Below are positions 22,753-35,228 of a stretch of DNA of 64,000 nucleotides, in pieces. The notes beneath the pieces were generated by a model, which was not told where the DNA came from, made no database searches, and saw only the letters and a list, made by a program, of their open reading frames with translations. The translations under genes and the position numbers were made by a program. Location: assembly GCF_032444005.1 (NCBI RefSeq), contig NC_091287.1:513050001-513114000 (forward strand). The letters are read 5' to 3'. Origin of the DNA: Ranitomeya imitator. Its lineage: Eukaryota. The first letter of the stretch is position 1. Each line of letters begins with the position of its first letter.

Positions 22753-23273
22753 TGTCAAGGTGAAAATATATTTTCTTTATACACTTTTGTACTTTTATAT
22801 ATTCTTATGCTGTGAAACAATAAGTTTTTCCTTTATGCTTGCTAATGCATATGTAATTGTATTTAAGATGGCTGCCAGTATTCACCTTTGTCCCAGATTC
22901 ACTCTGCTGAAGAAGCAAGTTACACATTCCAGAAGGACAAGTATCATTTCTCTTGAAATGATACTTAAAGCGACGTGGAGAAAGGAAGATTCATCAGATG
23001 ATGTCAGAGCCAACCAGAAAGACTGAATACTAGATACATTGCTTAAACCCTGGCCAATCCCCGCCCTATGCACACCTTCCCCCAATAGATCATATAATGT
23101 TGTGTATTAGAAAATAAAGTCAGTTGCTGTGACGTTGCTACACTATGTAGACACACGAGCATGCAATGAGTTTGAACCAGCCTTTGTCTGACTCATTCTT
23201 ATCCGGTACCACTGCTCTTATTCTGATTTGGAATGACTGGTGAAGGAAGGGTATTGTCGTAACAACCCCGACA
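22753..23273 (+). repeat. ERV 3' LTR
   Basis: Direct repeat of 15620-16139, followed by CTAG. Confidence 0.95.
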
Positions 23274-24459
23274 CTAGTTCATAAAGATTCTTCTCTATAT
23301 ACCAGTGCATTTCCATACACCTATATATCTGCAAATCAGTGGTAAAAGAATAAGATTTTTTTCCTACATAATTATTAAAAAAAAATATAATAATAATTAC
23401 AATTAGCACATAGTTTTTAACCCCTTCAGGACTACCGATTTCTCAATTTTGTTTCTTCTCCTTCTCCCAAGAGTGACAATTTTTTTAATTTTTTGAGCAA
23501 TATAGCAGCGTGAGAGCTAGTTTTTTTGAAGGATAAGTTGAGGCTTCGATGTGAATATATCTTGTACTGAAGAAAGGGAAAAAAAATCTAAGTGGGATGG
23601 AAGTAATGAAAAAAAAAGAGTAGCCAAGAGTTCATGTCAGGAACAGAATCTTAAACCAAGAGGAAGGTCAAAATTCGCACTGAGGTCAAAAAACAGGAGG
23701 AATCGGGAAAACAACATAGGCAAGGACTAGGAAAATTCAGGTAGCAAAACAGGAACCGGCGCAGATGTTACATATGTGCTCCAAAAACAGCTTTACCAAT
23801 TGCTTAAACAACGGGACAGAAGTGTGATCAATTTGCTAATCTCATCAGAGAGACTACAGATGGGCTTATAGACTTTGATCGATTGATTACTCATGCCGAC
23901 TCTTTTAACACTTTGTTTCCTGGAACAAAACCTCTAATATGGGTCTATGATGACATGTTAAAAGTTTGATGAAAGTTCAGTAACACTGTAGGACTCTTTC
24001 AAGAGACTCCTTTTTTAATAAAGCAAATAAGACTTCCTGCAGCCAGCATAACAACGTGTACAGAAATCGTAGTCATCTAGATACTGTATTTACGTAGAAA
24101 GATGCCAGGTGACATAAACGAGAAGCAGGTAGAAAAAAAAAGAAACAAAGGGCCCCACGTATCAAAGCAATTATGCCTATGTTCAAGCGAAAAAGGCATG
24201 GAAAAGCTGCATAATTTTGGGACAACTCAAGGCTGTGCTAAACTTTTGCATTCCCATACCCTCTTAGCCGAACTCCGACAAAGTGGGCAGGGTTGGGACA
24301 GGATGGGGTATTGGATATAACCACAAATTTTATTCTAGCTCTTACTCTGGAGAAGGATATGTGGTGAGGCCCAAACAGATGTGTACACCACTCATGCAAC
24401 ACTCTTGATTCATAAACGACACTGATCCTGATGAACTAGGTTTACATTTTGGTTCCCAA

Positions 24460-25146
24460 TAGTGTTGAGCGATACCTTCCGATATTCAAAGGTATCGGTA
24501 TCGGATAGTATCGGCTGATATCCAAAAAATATCGGATATCGCCGATGCGATACCCGATACCAATGCAAGTCAATGGGACACAAATATCGGAAGCTATCCT
24601 GGATGGTTCCCAGGGTCTGAAGGAGAAGAAACTTTCCTTCAGGCCCTGGGATCCATATTCATGTAAAAAATAAAGAATACAAATAAAAAATATGGATATA
24701 CTCACCCCTCCGACGAACCCTGGCTGTCACCGCTGTGAGCGTCAGCCTTCGTTCCTAAGAATGCAGTGAGTAAAGGACCTTCGATGATGTCGCGGTTAGG
24801 TGACCGGTCATGTGACCGCGACGTCATCGAAGGTCCTTCCCTCTCTGCATTCTCAGGAATGGAGGCAGATGCTCGCAGCGCTGTGAGCCAGGGGCCGTCC
24901 GAGGGTGAGTATATCCATGTTTTTTATCTTTATTCTTTATTTTTTACATGCATATGGATCCCAGGGCCTGAAGGAGAGTTTCCTCTCCTTCAGACCCTGG
25001 GAACCATATGCACCGCACACGCCGAAGATGACTGGGAACACTTCCGATTCCAATATCGCAAAAATATCGGAACTCGGTATCGGAATTCTGATACAGCAAA
25101 TATCTGCCGATATCCGTTATTTGCAGTATCGGAATGCTCAACACTA
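24460..25146. mobile_element. Non-autonomous hAT element with an internal hairpin
   Basis: TIR TAGTGTTGAGC...GCTCAACACTA; 8-bp TSD GTTCCCAA/GTTCCCAT; internal inverted repeat ATATACTCACCC...GGGTGAGTATAT. Confidence 0.85.
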
Positions 25147-27004
25147 GTTCCCATCTATTTTGTATAGCAGCATGAATTTAGAAACAAATTACTCAATGAG
25201 CCCAAATCCAACACAATTTGTGGTCATATTTTCAGAAATGCTTTCAAGTGTCATTGAGTGATGCCTGGATGGTCAGAACCTGGATGGGAGCCCATATCCA
25301 TGGGCTATTAAAAAAAAAAAAAAAAAGACAAAATGTAACTCTCTAACTTGTTCTATAAAACCTGTAGAATAAATTGTGCAGTGATAAATGACTGTAAGAA
25401 AAATGGAAAATGAATGCAGAATGGCTTTTGATTCAGGAAGACTATTAGTATTCCTGTATAGTCCTGACCAGGCTACATGCACTGACATTTCATAATAATA
25501 ATTATTTGATGCATTTCTTCAGTTTTAGAAATGGAAATTAAATAAAAAAGTTTTCAATTACTATGGAGCTGAGCCAACGGTACGAGTGAAATCTGGAGAT
25601 ATGACTCCATCATTTATTTAGCTAAACTGTTTTTAAATTGGAGAATTACATACATTTGCTTTTCATAAAATGTTCACTTTGCTTTTATGACTATAACAAA
25701 TCACTGTATACTTGTGACGTTTTTTTTTTCCCTGCTAAACCATTTTCCTGTTTTTCTTGCTTTCTCAAGAAACTTTGAGAAAAGAAAATAATTCACTTGG
25801 TGTTCTTTTAATGATACTTCACTTCAAGGAAATGGTTTAAGTAACTAAAGCACTTACTTTTCGGTGATGTGACTATAAGCAGTGGACTTCCTGCTGTCCG
25901 GGCACTTGGAGGGTGGTCATGACGATTGCCCAGCTCATTGTGGCGCCCAATTAATTGGGCGTAGAGGACTTTGTGGGAATATCATTTATAAAATCTGTTG
26001 AAAAAACATGAGGAATAGAGTAACCCAATCATTATGTTAAGAAACTGTGGATGAGTATGCGAGTAGCAATGGAGCAAGAACGCGCTACTGTCTCTGCTAG
26101 GGTCAAAAAGGTAAAACTGGCAAAGATCTTCGTACCGTAGATGGGTAAGGAATTATGTCCACCTGTATTCTGTGTCAAAATCAGATGGGATCTAAGAAGT
26201 AATGATTCTTTTTGTGAAGAGTGACATGGCTGAAATGCCAGTATAAGGAGGCTTATAAGCAATGCAATGCTCCTCTGGGAAATAAAATGTGCAAATTACC
26301 TCTTAAGAGAGGAAGAAGACCAAGAATTGATCTCACCTGTATTTATAGCTGTGGGTGTGACATGCGCCCAAGCGCGTGTTTTACTTTGGTATCTTCAGGG
26401 GGCCAAGATGATCACACCTGCATGAATACATGTGAGAACTATTAATGACATGACTCGGTTCACCACTCTTTGGGAAAGTACTCTGATGGTCACTGACTTT
26501 ATAATATTTATATTATGTCCTGTTTCTCTAGTGTTGTGATAAGAGACTGCCTTTTTGGGTTGGCTTTGTAATGTGAAGGCCCATCTATCTGTGTTCATCC
26601 CACTTTTTTGGTGCACCTTTGACCCGATTTGAACAGCTCTGTGAATGACTAATCTGTTGTGATATAAGTATTGTACTATACATTTTGAATTAATTGTCAT
26701 AAAAATATACCTTTTAGAGAATTTTTTGGTGGTTTATATGCTCCATGTGTTTTTGTTTTAATGTCATTTGGGAGCTCCGTAGGGTTATAACCTCTCTCAG
26801 TCCTTATAGATGAATTAGGGATTCTTTGTGTATACTATGGTTTCTGTATCTGAGATTTTGTATTATTATCTCTCCTGTAGAGTGAAAGCTCTTATGGTCA
26901 GCAAGGCCCTCTCTCTCTCTCTCTCACCAGTAAAGTGATCAGCCGTACACAGTGGAGGACAGTTTGTACTGCAGCATTGATTTCCATCTCTAGTGACTGG
27001 GTAA

Positions 27005-27718
27005 AGGTACCGTCACACTAAGCGACGCTGCAGCGATACCGACAACGATCCGGATCGCTGCAGCGTCGCTGTTTGGTCGCTGGAGAGCTGTCACACAGAC
27101 AGCTCTCCAGCGACCAACGATCCCGAGGTCCCCGGTAACCAGGGTAAACATCGGGTTACTAAGCGCAGGGCCGCGCTTAGTAACCCGATGTTTACCCTGG
27201 TTACCATCGTTAAAGTAAAAAAAACAACCGCTACATACTTACCTACTGCTGTCTGTCCTCGGCGCTCTGCTTCTCTGGTCTGGCTGTGAGCGCCGGGCAG
27301 CCGGAAAGCAGAGCGGTGACGTCACCGCTCTGCTTTCCGGCCGCTGTGCTCACAGCCAGACCAGAGAAGCAGAGCGCCGAGGACAGACAGCGGTAGGTAA
27401 GTATGTAATGGTTGTTTTTTTTACTTTAACGATGGTAACCAGGGTAAACATCGGGTTACTAAGCGCGGCCCTGCGCTTAGTAACCCGATGTTTACTTTGG
27501 TTACCAGCGAAGACATCGCTGAATCGGTGTCACACACGCCGATTCAGCGATGTCTGCGGGGAGTCCAGCGATGAAACAAAGTTCTGGACTTTCTTCCCCG
27601 ACCAGCGACAGCACAGCAGGGGCCTGATCGCTGCTGCCTGTCACACTGGACGATATCGCTAGCGAGGACGCTGCAACGTCACGGATCGCTAGCGATATCG
27701 TCTAGTGTGACGGTACCT
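27005..27718. mobile_element. Harbinger-type MITE
   Basis: TAA|AGGTACCGTCACACTA...TAGTGTGACGGTACCT|TAA, with a long internal inverted repeat at ~27140-27500. Confidence 0.9.
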
Positions 27719-27719
27719 T

Positions 27720-28593
27720 AATTATCTTTCCTGTAGAGTGTGAGCTCTAATGGTCAGCGGGTTTCTCTCTATTGTAGACTGTAAGCTGTTATGGTTCGTG
27801 TGGTCCTGTTTCTCTTGCCTGTAGAGTGTAAGCGCTTATTGTAAGCAGTGTCTTGTCTCACACCTGTAGAGTGTAAGCTCTTATGGTAAGTGAGGTCCTC
27901 TCTCCTGTAGAGTGTAAGTTCTTATGGTCAGTGGGGTCCTCTCTCTCCTGTAGAGTGTAAGCTCTTATGGTCAGTGGGATCCTCTCTCCTGTAGAGTGTA
28001 AGTTCTTATGGTCAGTGGGGTCCTCTCTCTCCTGTAGAGTGTAAGCTCTTATGGTCAGTGGGGTCCTCTCTCTCCTGTAGAGTGTAAGCCCTTATGGTCA
28101 GTGGGGTCCTCTCTCTCCTGTAGAGTGTAAGCTCTTATGGTCAGTGGGGTCCTCTCTCTCCTGTAGAGTGTAAGCTCTTATGGTCAGTGGGGTCCTCTCT
28201 CTCCTGTAGAGTGTAAGTTCTTATGGTCAGTGGGGTCCTCTCTTTCCTGTAGAGTGTAAGCTCTTATGGTCAGTGGGGTCCTCTCTTTCCTGTAGAGTGT
28301 AAGCTCTTATGGTCAGTGGGGTCCTCTCTCTCCTGTAGAGTGTAAGCTCTTATGATCAGCAGGGTCCTCTCTCTCCTGTATATTATAAGCTTTTATGGTC
28401 AGTGGAGTCCTCTCTCTCTCCTGTAGAGTGTAAGCTCTTATGATCAGCAGGGTCCTCTCTCTCCTGTAGATTATAAGCTTTTATGGTCAGTGGGGTCCTC
28501 TCTCTCATGTATAGTGTAAGCTCTTATGGTCAGTGGGGTCCTCTCTCTCTTCTGTAGAGTGTAAACTCTTACGGTAAGCGGGTCCTCTCTTTC
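27720..28593. repeat. 41-45-bp minisatellite (CCTGTAGAGTGTAAGCTCTTATGGTCAGTGGGGTCCT(CT)n), left block
   Basis: Read directly. One or two copies also occur at ~26870-26930, before the MITE. Confidence 0.95.
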
Positions 28594-28601
28594 CTTTAGC
28601 G

Positions 28602-31041
28602 CAGACCTGTGAAAAGTGCCACACGATGCCCACTCACCCGCCCATTGTTTCCATATGTGCCGTGGCTCTGCGAGGCACCGCTGACTCCTAGGTGGAGGAG
28701 GGGCCTCCATCCACTTCCTCCACCAATCAGCATGTGAAACAGCTGACACGATGACGCCAATTCATTGCGTCAGCTGTGTACCCTGGAGAGTCCGTACACC
28801 GGAGGTAGGGAGAGAAGCAGAGCGCCAGGGAACGGGACCGAGGTGAGTATGTGGTGTTTTTTTTTCTTATGTGTGTGGGCTATTGGGTGGGCATGGTGCA
28901 GCTATGGGGGTGACATGGTGCTGCACATGGAGGGTGACATGGTGCAGGACATGGGGGGTGACATGGTGCAGGACATGGGGGTGACATTGTGCTGCATATG
29001 GGGGTGACATGTTGCACATGGTGCTGCATGTTGGGGTGACATGCTGCACATGGTGCTGCATATGGGGATGACATGCTGCACTTGTTGCTGCATATGGAGG
29101 CAACATGATACACATGTGGAATTTATGGGGCCAACATGCTGCACATGGGGAGGCTATGGGGGTGACATGTTGCACATAGTGCTGCATATGGGGACAACAT
29201 GCGGCACATGGTGCTGCATATGGGGGGACATGCGGCACATAGGGAGGCTATGGGGCCATAGTGCTGCACATGAGGAGGCTATGGGGGTTACATGCTGCAC
29301 ATGGGGAGGCTATGGGGGCGACATGCTGCACATAGGGAGGCTATGGGGGAAAAATGCAGTGTATATAGGTAGGCTATAGGGTTCATGCAGTGTATATAGG
29401 GAGGCTTCTTGGGGCTCATGCAGTGCATATAGAGAGGTTGTGTGTGGCTCATGCAGTGTATATACGGAGGCTGTGTAGGACTCATGCCGCATATGGGGGA
29501 AGCCATGTGAGGTTCATGCTGCATAAGGGGAGGCTATGGGGGCAATATGCTGCACATAGGGAGGCTATGGGGGTGACATACAGTGTATATAGGGAGGCGT
29601 GTGTGGTTCATGCACTGTATATAGGGAGGCTGTGTGGGGTCATGCAGTGAATATAGGGAGGCTGTCTGGGGCTCATGCAGTGTATATAGGGAGGCTGTCT
29701 GGGGCTCATGCAGTGTATATAAGGAGGCTGTGTCGGGCTCATGCAGTCTATACAGGGAGGCTGTGTGGGGCTCATGCAATGTATAGGGAGGCTGTGTGGA
29801 GCTCATGCTGCATATAGGGAGGCTGTGGGTGGCTCCTACAGTGTATATAGGGAGGCTCTGTGGGACTCATGCCGCATATGGGGCAGGCCGTGTGGGGCTC
29901 ATGCTGCATAAGGGGAGGCTATGGGGGCATCATGTTGCACATAGGGAGGCTATGGGGGTGCCATGCAGTGTATATAGGGAGGCCATGTGAGGTTCATGCA
30001 GTGTATATAGGGAGGCTGTGTGGGGCTCATGCATTATGTGGGGAGGCTGTGTGGGGCTCATGCGGTGTATGGGGAGGCTGTGTGGGGGCTCATGCTGTAC
30101 ATGGAGAGGCTGAGTGGGCTCATGCTGTACATGGGGAGGCTGTGTGGGGCTCCTGCAGTATATAGGGAGGCTGTGTGGGGGCTCATGCAGTATATTGGGA
30201 GGCTGTGTGGGGCTCATGCGGTATATGGGGAGGCTGTGTGGGGCTAATGCAGTGTATATAGGAAGGCTGTGTGGGACTCATGCAGCGTATTTAGGGAGGC
30301 TGTGTGGGACTCATGCAGTGTATTTAGGGAGGCTGTGTGGGGCTCATGCAATATATGGGAGAGGCTGTGTGGGGCTCCTGAAGTGTATATAGGGAGGCTG
30401 TGTGGGGCTCATGCAGTGTATATAGGGAGGCTGTGTGGGACTCATGCAGTGTATTTAGGGAGGCTGTGTGGGGCTCATGCAATATATGGGAGAGGCTGTG
30501 TGGGGCTCCTGCAGTGTATATAGGGAGGCTGTGTGGGGCTCATGCAGTATGTATAGGGAGGATGTGGGGCTCATGCAGTGTATATAAGGAGGCTGCGTGG
30601 GGCTCATGCAGTGTATATAGGGAGGATGTGTGGGAATCATGCAGTGTATAAAGGGAGGCTGTGTGGGGCTCATGCCATGTATGTGGAAGGCTGTGTGGGG
30701 CTCATGCAGTATATAGGGAGGATGTGTGGGGCTGATGCCGAATATGGGAGAGGCTGTGTGGAGCTCATGCTGCATATAAGAGGCTGTTGGGGGGGCTCAT
30801 ACGATATACAGGAAGGGCTGTGCTCGGGTTCAAATTATATATAGGGGGATGTTAGCATAATTAATTATGCTCAATATACAATTCTGATACAATCAATATT
30901 AATAAAATTATCAATAATATAATAATTATAAAATATCTATATTAATATTGAGCTGAATTAATTTTGGCCTATTGGTTCGGCCCTCCACAGCAGTCACGGT
31001 CTCTCATGTCGCCTCTTGGAAAAAATAATTGCCCACCCCTG
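28602..31041. mobile_element. Non-autonomous hAT (Charlie-like) element inserted into the minisatellite
   Basis: Imperfect TIR CAGACCTGTGAAA / TTGCCCACCCCTG; 8-bp TSD CTTTAGCG/CTTTAGAG (7 of 8 match). Confidence 0.65.
28900..30800. repeat. Degenerate ~33-bp GC-rich minisatellite (ATAGGGAGGCTGTGTGGGGCTCATGCAGTGTAT)
   Basis: Read directly. It accounts for the many low-complexity ORFs here. Confidence 0.9.
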
Positions 31042-31990
31042 CTTTAGAGTGTAAGCTCTTATGATCAGTGGGCTCCTCTCTCTCTCCTGTAGAGTGTAAG
31101 CTCTTATGGTCAGTGGGGTCCTCTCTCTCCTGTAGAGTGTAAGCTCTTATGGTCAGCAGGGTCCTCTCTCCTGTAGAGTGTAAGCTCTTATGGTCAGCAG
31201 GGTCCTCTCTCTCTCCTGTAAAGTGTAAGCTCTTATGGTCAGCGGGGTCCTCTCTGTCGTGTAGAGTGTAAGCTCTTATGGTCAGTGGGGTCCTCTCTCT
31301 CTCCTGTAGAGTGTAAGCTCTTATGGTCAGTGGGGTCCTCTCTCTCCTGTAGAGTGTAAGCTCTTATGGTCAGTGGGGTCCTCTCTCTCCTGTAGAGTGT
31401 AAGCTCTTATGGTCAGTGGGGTCCTCTCTCTCTCCTGTAGAGTGTAAGCTCTTACTGTCAGTGGGGTCCTCTCTCTCCTGTAGAGTGTAAGCTCTTATGG
31501 TCAGTGGGGTCCTCTCTCCTGTAGAGTGTAAGCTCTTATGGTCAGTGGGGTCCTCTCTCACTCCTGAAGAGTGTAAGCTCTTATGGTCAGTGGTGTCCTC
31601 TCTCTCCTGTAGAGTGTAAGTTCCTATGATCAGTGGGGTCCTCTCTCTCCTGTAGAGTGTAAGTTCCTATGGTCAGTGGGGTCCTCTCTCTCTCCTGTAG
31701 AGTGTAAGCTCTTATGGTCAGTGGGGTCCTCTCTCTCTCTCCTGAAGAGTATAAGCTCTTATGATCAGTGGGGTCTTCTCTCTCTCCTGTAGAGTCTAAG
31801 CTCTTATGGTCAGCGGGGTCCTCTCTCTCCTGTAGCATGTAAACCCTTATAGTCAGTTAGCCCTCTCTCTCTTTTTCTCTCTCTCCTGTAAAGTGTATAT
31901 TTTTTTAGTGAGCGGGTGTCTGTCGCTCTCCTGTAGAGAGTAAGCTCTTATGATCTCCCAGGTCCTATCTTTTTCTCGACCCTGTAGAGA
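31042..31990. repeat. 41-45-bp minisatellite, right block
   Basis: Same unit as 27720-28593. Confidence 0.95.
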
Positions 31991-34014
31991 GTAATCTTTT
32001 GCAGTCAGCGAGATTCTCTCTCTCTCTCCTCTCCCCTCACATGTATTTTTCAACAACAAGCTTTCCATTATTGAGATTCACATGATTTGTAATTCCAAAA
32101 CATCAGCTCATCTCTAGCTACTTTAATCACTCTCATACAAAGCACAATTGGACATGAGAGAGTCCCACTCTCCTGTCTCTATATAGCACATGTTCTGAAA
32201 CACTACCAGCATGGAGGACAATAAACATCAGTACTGAGAAGTGTAACTGTGAAACTAACTTTTACAGTTACTATAACGCTTGGACATCTGTCTCTCTTGC
32301 TCTGATTCTTTCCTCTTCTTCTCCTCCCATTTCATAGACTTCCATTGACAGCAGTAATCTGATCTCTCAGTGAGCTGGCAAACTGTATTGTTTTGACTGT
32401 TTTTCAGAGTAAATTATGAATTCAAGAGGTTAGATGGAAAGTGGCTCATAAGTTGAAGAAGAAGTGTATTTCTAAGATGGATCCAAGCAAAGAAAACGAA
32501 ACAGGAGTGCACTCACCGGTCTCTTGTGCGACAGTCCTTTATTAGAACATGTGCGGGCACACTTGGGGAGAACGTGGACAAAAAACGACCGCCGTTTCGT
32601 GCTACCGCGATTCTACGGGTCTCAATGTATTTCTAAGATGAACTGCATTTCTTTTATTTGCTTGTACTATTGATTTATGCAAAGTTAGTTGAAATGACAG
32701 TGGTCATTAAAAGACTCCACTTTCTTATGATACAAATTCAATATATTATCGCATCATGCTATCAAAACTGAACTGTATTATAATTGAACTTACTAATATA
32801 ATCTTTGCTCGGATTGCTCTGATTTTCAGCAAAGTCCTGTGTTCAGTACCACTCTCTTGTTCTTGGAGTAAGCTTTGCCTTCGGCAAGTGTTATTTTATT
32901 AAATATAATTCTGTTGATAAAGGTTTTATTTAGCCAAATAACCTCCATATATTCTTCAGAGTAGACCGTACTAAGCAATCACAAGATGAGAGCTTCTTTA
33001 TAGGTTCTATAAAAACAGAGTAGTATTTATTGAGGTTTGAAAAAGAAAAGAAACAGGAAAAGGGACGACACTACCCTCCACATTAAGACCTTCGACTCCT
33101 ATGCACATTAAGTACTTTCAAAGCAGCAGTTCCGATTCCACCTCAAGCCACCGGGTGCTCCTCCAGGAAATAACATGAAAATCAACTTGTAGCGAAGAAA
33201 AAGAAAGGAGGGCACTCACCGGTCAGGAGCTTGACTTGACTTTATTAGAAATCCATTAATCCAGACCTGTGGAAGTGCAGAGAGTGTGCGAAACGGCCAT
33301 CGTCATTACTCTGCTCACATGAGCTCCTTGTTCACTCTCCCAGCCATGAAAATTTTAATGGATTTATTGAGGTTTGGTTTTCATTCTATTACTACTAACT
33401 ACTAGGCAGTTCAAAATGTCATTTACTTTGTATTTTATGCTAATCTGAGTATTGTTCTGTCTAACAGACATTAAAATTAGATGTTTTGTAAAATCTTAAT
33501 AACCTATACATGGATGTCACTTTGTCTAAACTTTTTGGTCTGGTTGGACAACCTGGCGAGTCGGCCTGATAATTCTTAGTTGGGAACATGATATGAAATC
33601 TTATAATTGTGCCGCTGCCTAGGCATTGCACTACAACATAGTGGGCTGTAGACAATATGAAAGGAAATATAAATGTAACAAGTGACAATATAGCTATGAT
33701 AGCATGGAATCATGGCACAACCAGGCATTGCTTCGCTCTTGATCTTCTACACTACATACTGTATATTGCCTTCAAATGCTCAACACCCAGAAATACCATT
33801 TGTGGTGTGCCTAGCTTTATGCAAGTCTGTCTATACAGTAGAAAAGAGTAAATAGAAGAATATGCAGCACCCCACAAATCATATTTGAAGTTACGGATTA
33901 CATCTCAGAATTTTCAAGCTTGAAAAAGGCTGAGATGTAAACTGAAACATTGCATATTGGATTACAAAATTATTATTAGCATTGATTTATGGTATGAGTG
34001 CTATCCCTAGCATA

Positions 34015-34594
34015 CAGTGGGTACGGAAAGTACTCAAACCCCTTTACATTTTTCACTCTTTTTTTCATTGCAGCCATTTGGTAAATTCAAAAAAGTTCAT
34101 TTTTTTTCTCATTAATGTACACTCTGCACCCCATCTTGACTGAAAAAAACAGAAATCCTGAATTTTTTGTATGTTTATTAAAAAAGAAAAATTTAAATAT
34201 CACATGGTCATAAGTATTCATACCCTTTGATCATACACTCATATTTAAGTCACATGGTGTCCATTTCCTTGTGATCCTCCTTGAGATGGTTCTACTCCTT
34301 CATTGGAGGCCAGCTGTGTTTAATTAAACTGATAGGACTTGATTTGTAAAGGCGCACAGCTATCTATATAAGACCTCACAGCTCACAGTGCATGTCAGAC
34401 CAAATGAGAATCATGAGGTCAAGGGATCTGGCCAAGGAGCTCAGAGACAGAATTGTGGCAAGGCGCAGATCTGGCCAAGGTTCCAACAGAATTTCTGCAG
34501 TACTCAAGATTCCTAAGAGCACAGTGGTCTCCATAATTCTTAAATGGAAGAAGTTTGGGACCACCAGAAGTCTTCCTAGACCTGGCCGTCCAGT
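34015..34594 (+). mobile_element. 5' fragment of a Tc1 transposon
   Basis: TA|CAGTGGGTACGGAAAGTA terminus. The N-terminal paired-like domain reads MRSRDLAKELRDRIVARRRSGQG...KWKKFGTTRSLPRPGRP, then the element is truncated. Confidence 0.85.
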
Positions 34595-34599
34595 CACAT

Positions 34600-34986
34600 T
34601 GTAACAAAACACAGACACCCAGAAAAATGTCCTTTAATTGTATGAATGACACAGACTCCTTCAATAATCTCAATTAAACCATACTTATGAAATCGCCTAA
34701 TTCCACCGAAGCCCTCGTTCTCTTGTATAATAAACCAAAAATTAAAACAACAATATCCCTCACCTCTCTGTCATTCTGTCCCACGCCGTAATCCATGTCT
34801 GGGGGATAATTAGTTTTCAACCTGGACGGTGCCAAGATGCGACCATCCAGGCTGAGAACCACTGGTGTATGAGATGCTGTGAGCGCAGCCTTAGTGACTA
34901 GCGGTGACAGCACTGAGGATCTTTTCACAGCAGGGATGAACTGCGGTGACCTCAGTGAGATTCCCGCTAGTACCGTGAGAAAGTCA
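34600..34986 (-). mobile_element. Probable solo LTR (387 bp)
   Basis: TG...CA ends with CACAT on both flanks. On the minus strand an ATTAAA lies ~35 nt before the GTTACA end. Confidence 0.6.
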
Positions 34987-34991
34987 CACAT

Positions 34992-35228
34992 ATATATATA
35001 GTGCTAACATATTCTACAGCGCCTTACAGTTTGCACAAATTATCTACGCTGTCCCCGATGGGGCTCACAATTTAAATTCCCTATCAGTATGTCTTTGGAA
35101 TGTTGGAGGAAACAGGAGAACCCGGAGGAAACCCACACAAACTCCTTGCAGATGTCCTTGGTGGGATTTGAACCCAGGACTTCAGCGCTGCAAGGCTGCA
35201 GTACTAACCACTGAGCCACCGTGCTGCT
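34992..35228 (-). mobile_element. tRNA-derived SINE (V-SINE type)
   Basis: A box TGGCTCAGTGG, B box GGTTCAAATCC, V-domain GGGTTTCCTCCGGGTTCTCCTGTTTCCTCC, LINE-like tail TGTAAGGCGCTG and a TA-rich end. Confidence 0.85.

Larger units (their letters stand above)
15620..23273 (+). mobile_element. Defective class I (gamma/epsilon-like) endogenous retrovirus, 7.65 kb
   Basis: LTRs of 520 and 521 bp with TG...CA ends, a 4-bp TSD CTAG, a tRNA-Lys-like PBS, a PPT, and pol and env relics. Confidence 0.93.

Noticed and set aside
26030-26450. Splice-like sites (GATGG|GTAAGG and TATCTTCAG|) with short ORFs
   Set aside because: All three frames of the candidate upstream exon contain stops.
28765-30844. 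Many overlapping His/Met/Gly/Cys-rich ORFs
   Set aside because: They arise from a stop-poor minisatellite and are open in several frames on both strands.
27900-31840. CRISPR-like appearance of regular ~43-bp repeats
   Set aside because: The repeats are head-to-tail with no unique spacers, there are no cas genes, and the context is eukaryotic.
32575-32625. GAAAC..GUC hammerhead-like half motif on the minus strand
   Set aside because: The CUGANGA core is absent (CCGUAGA) and stem II is mismatched.
35160-35228. tRNA-like A and B boxes
   Set aside because: This is a SINE head, with no full cloverleaf, and it continues into the V-domain and tail.
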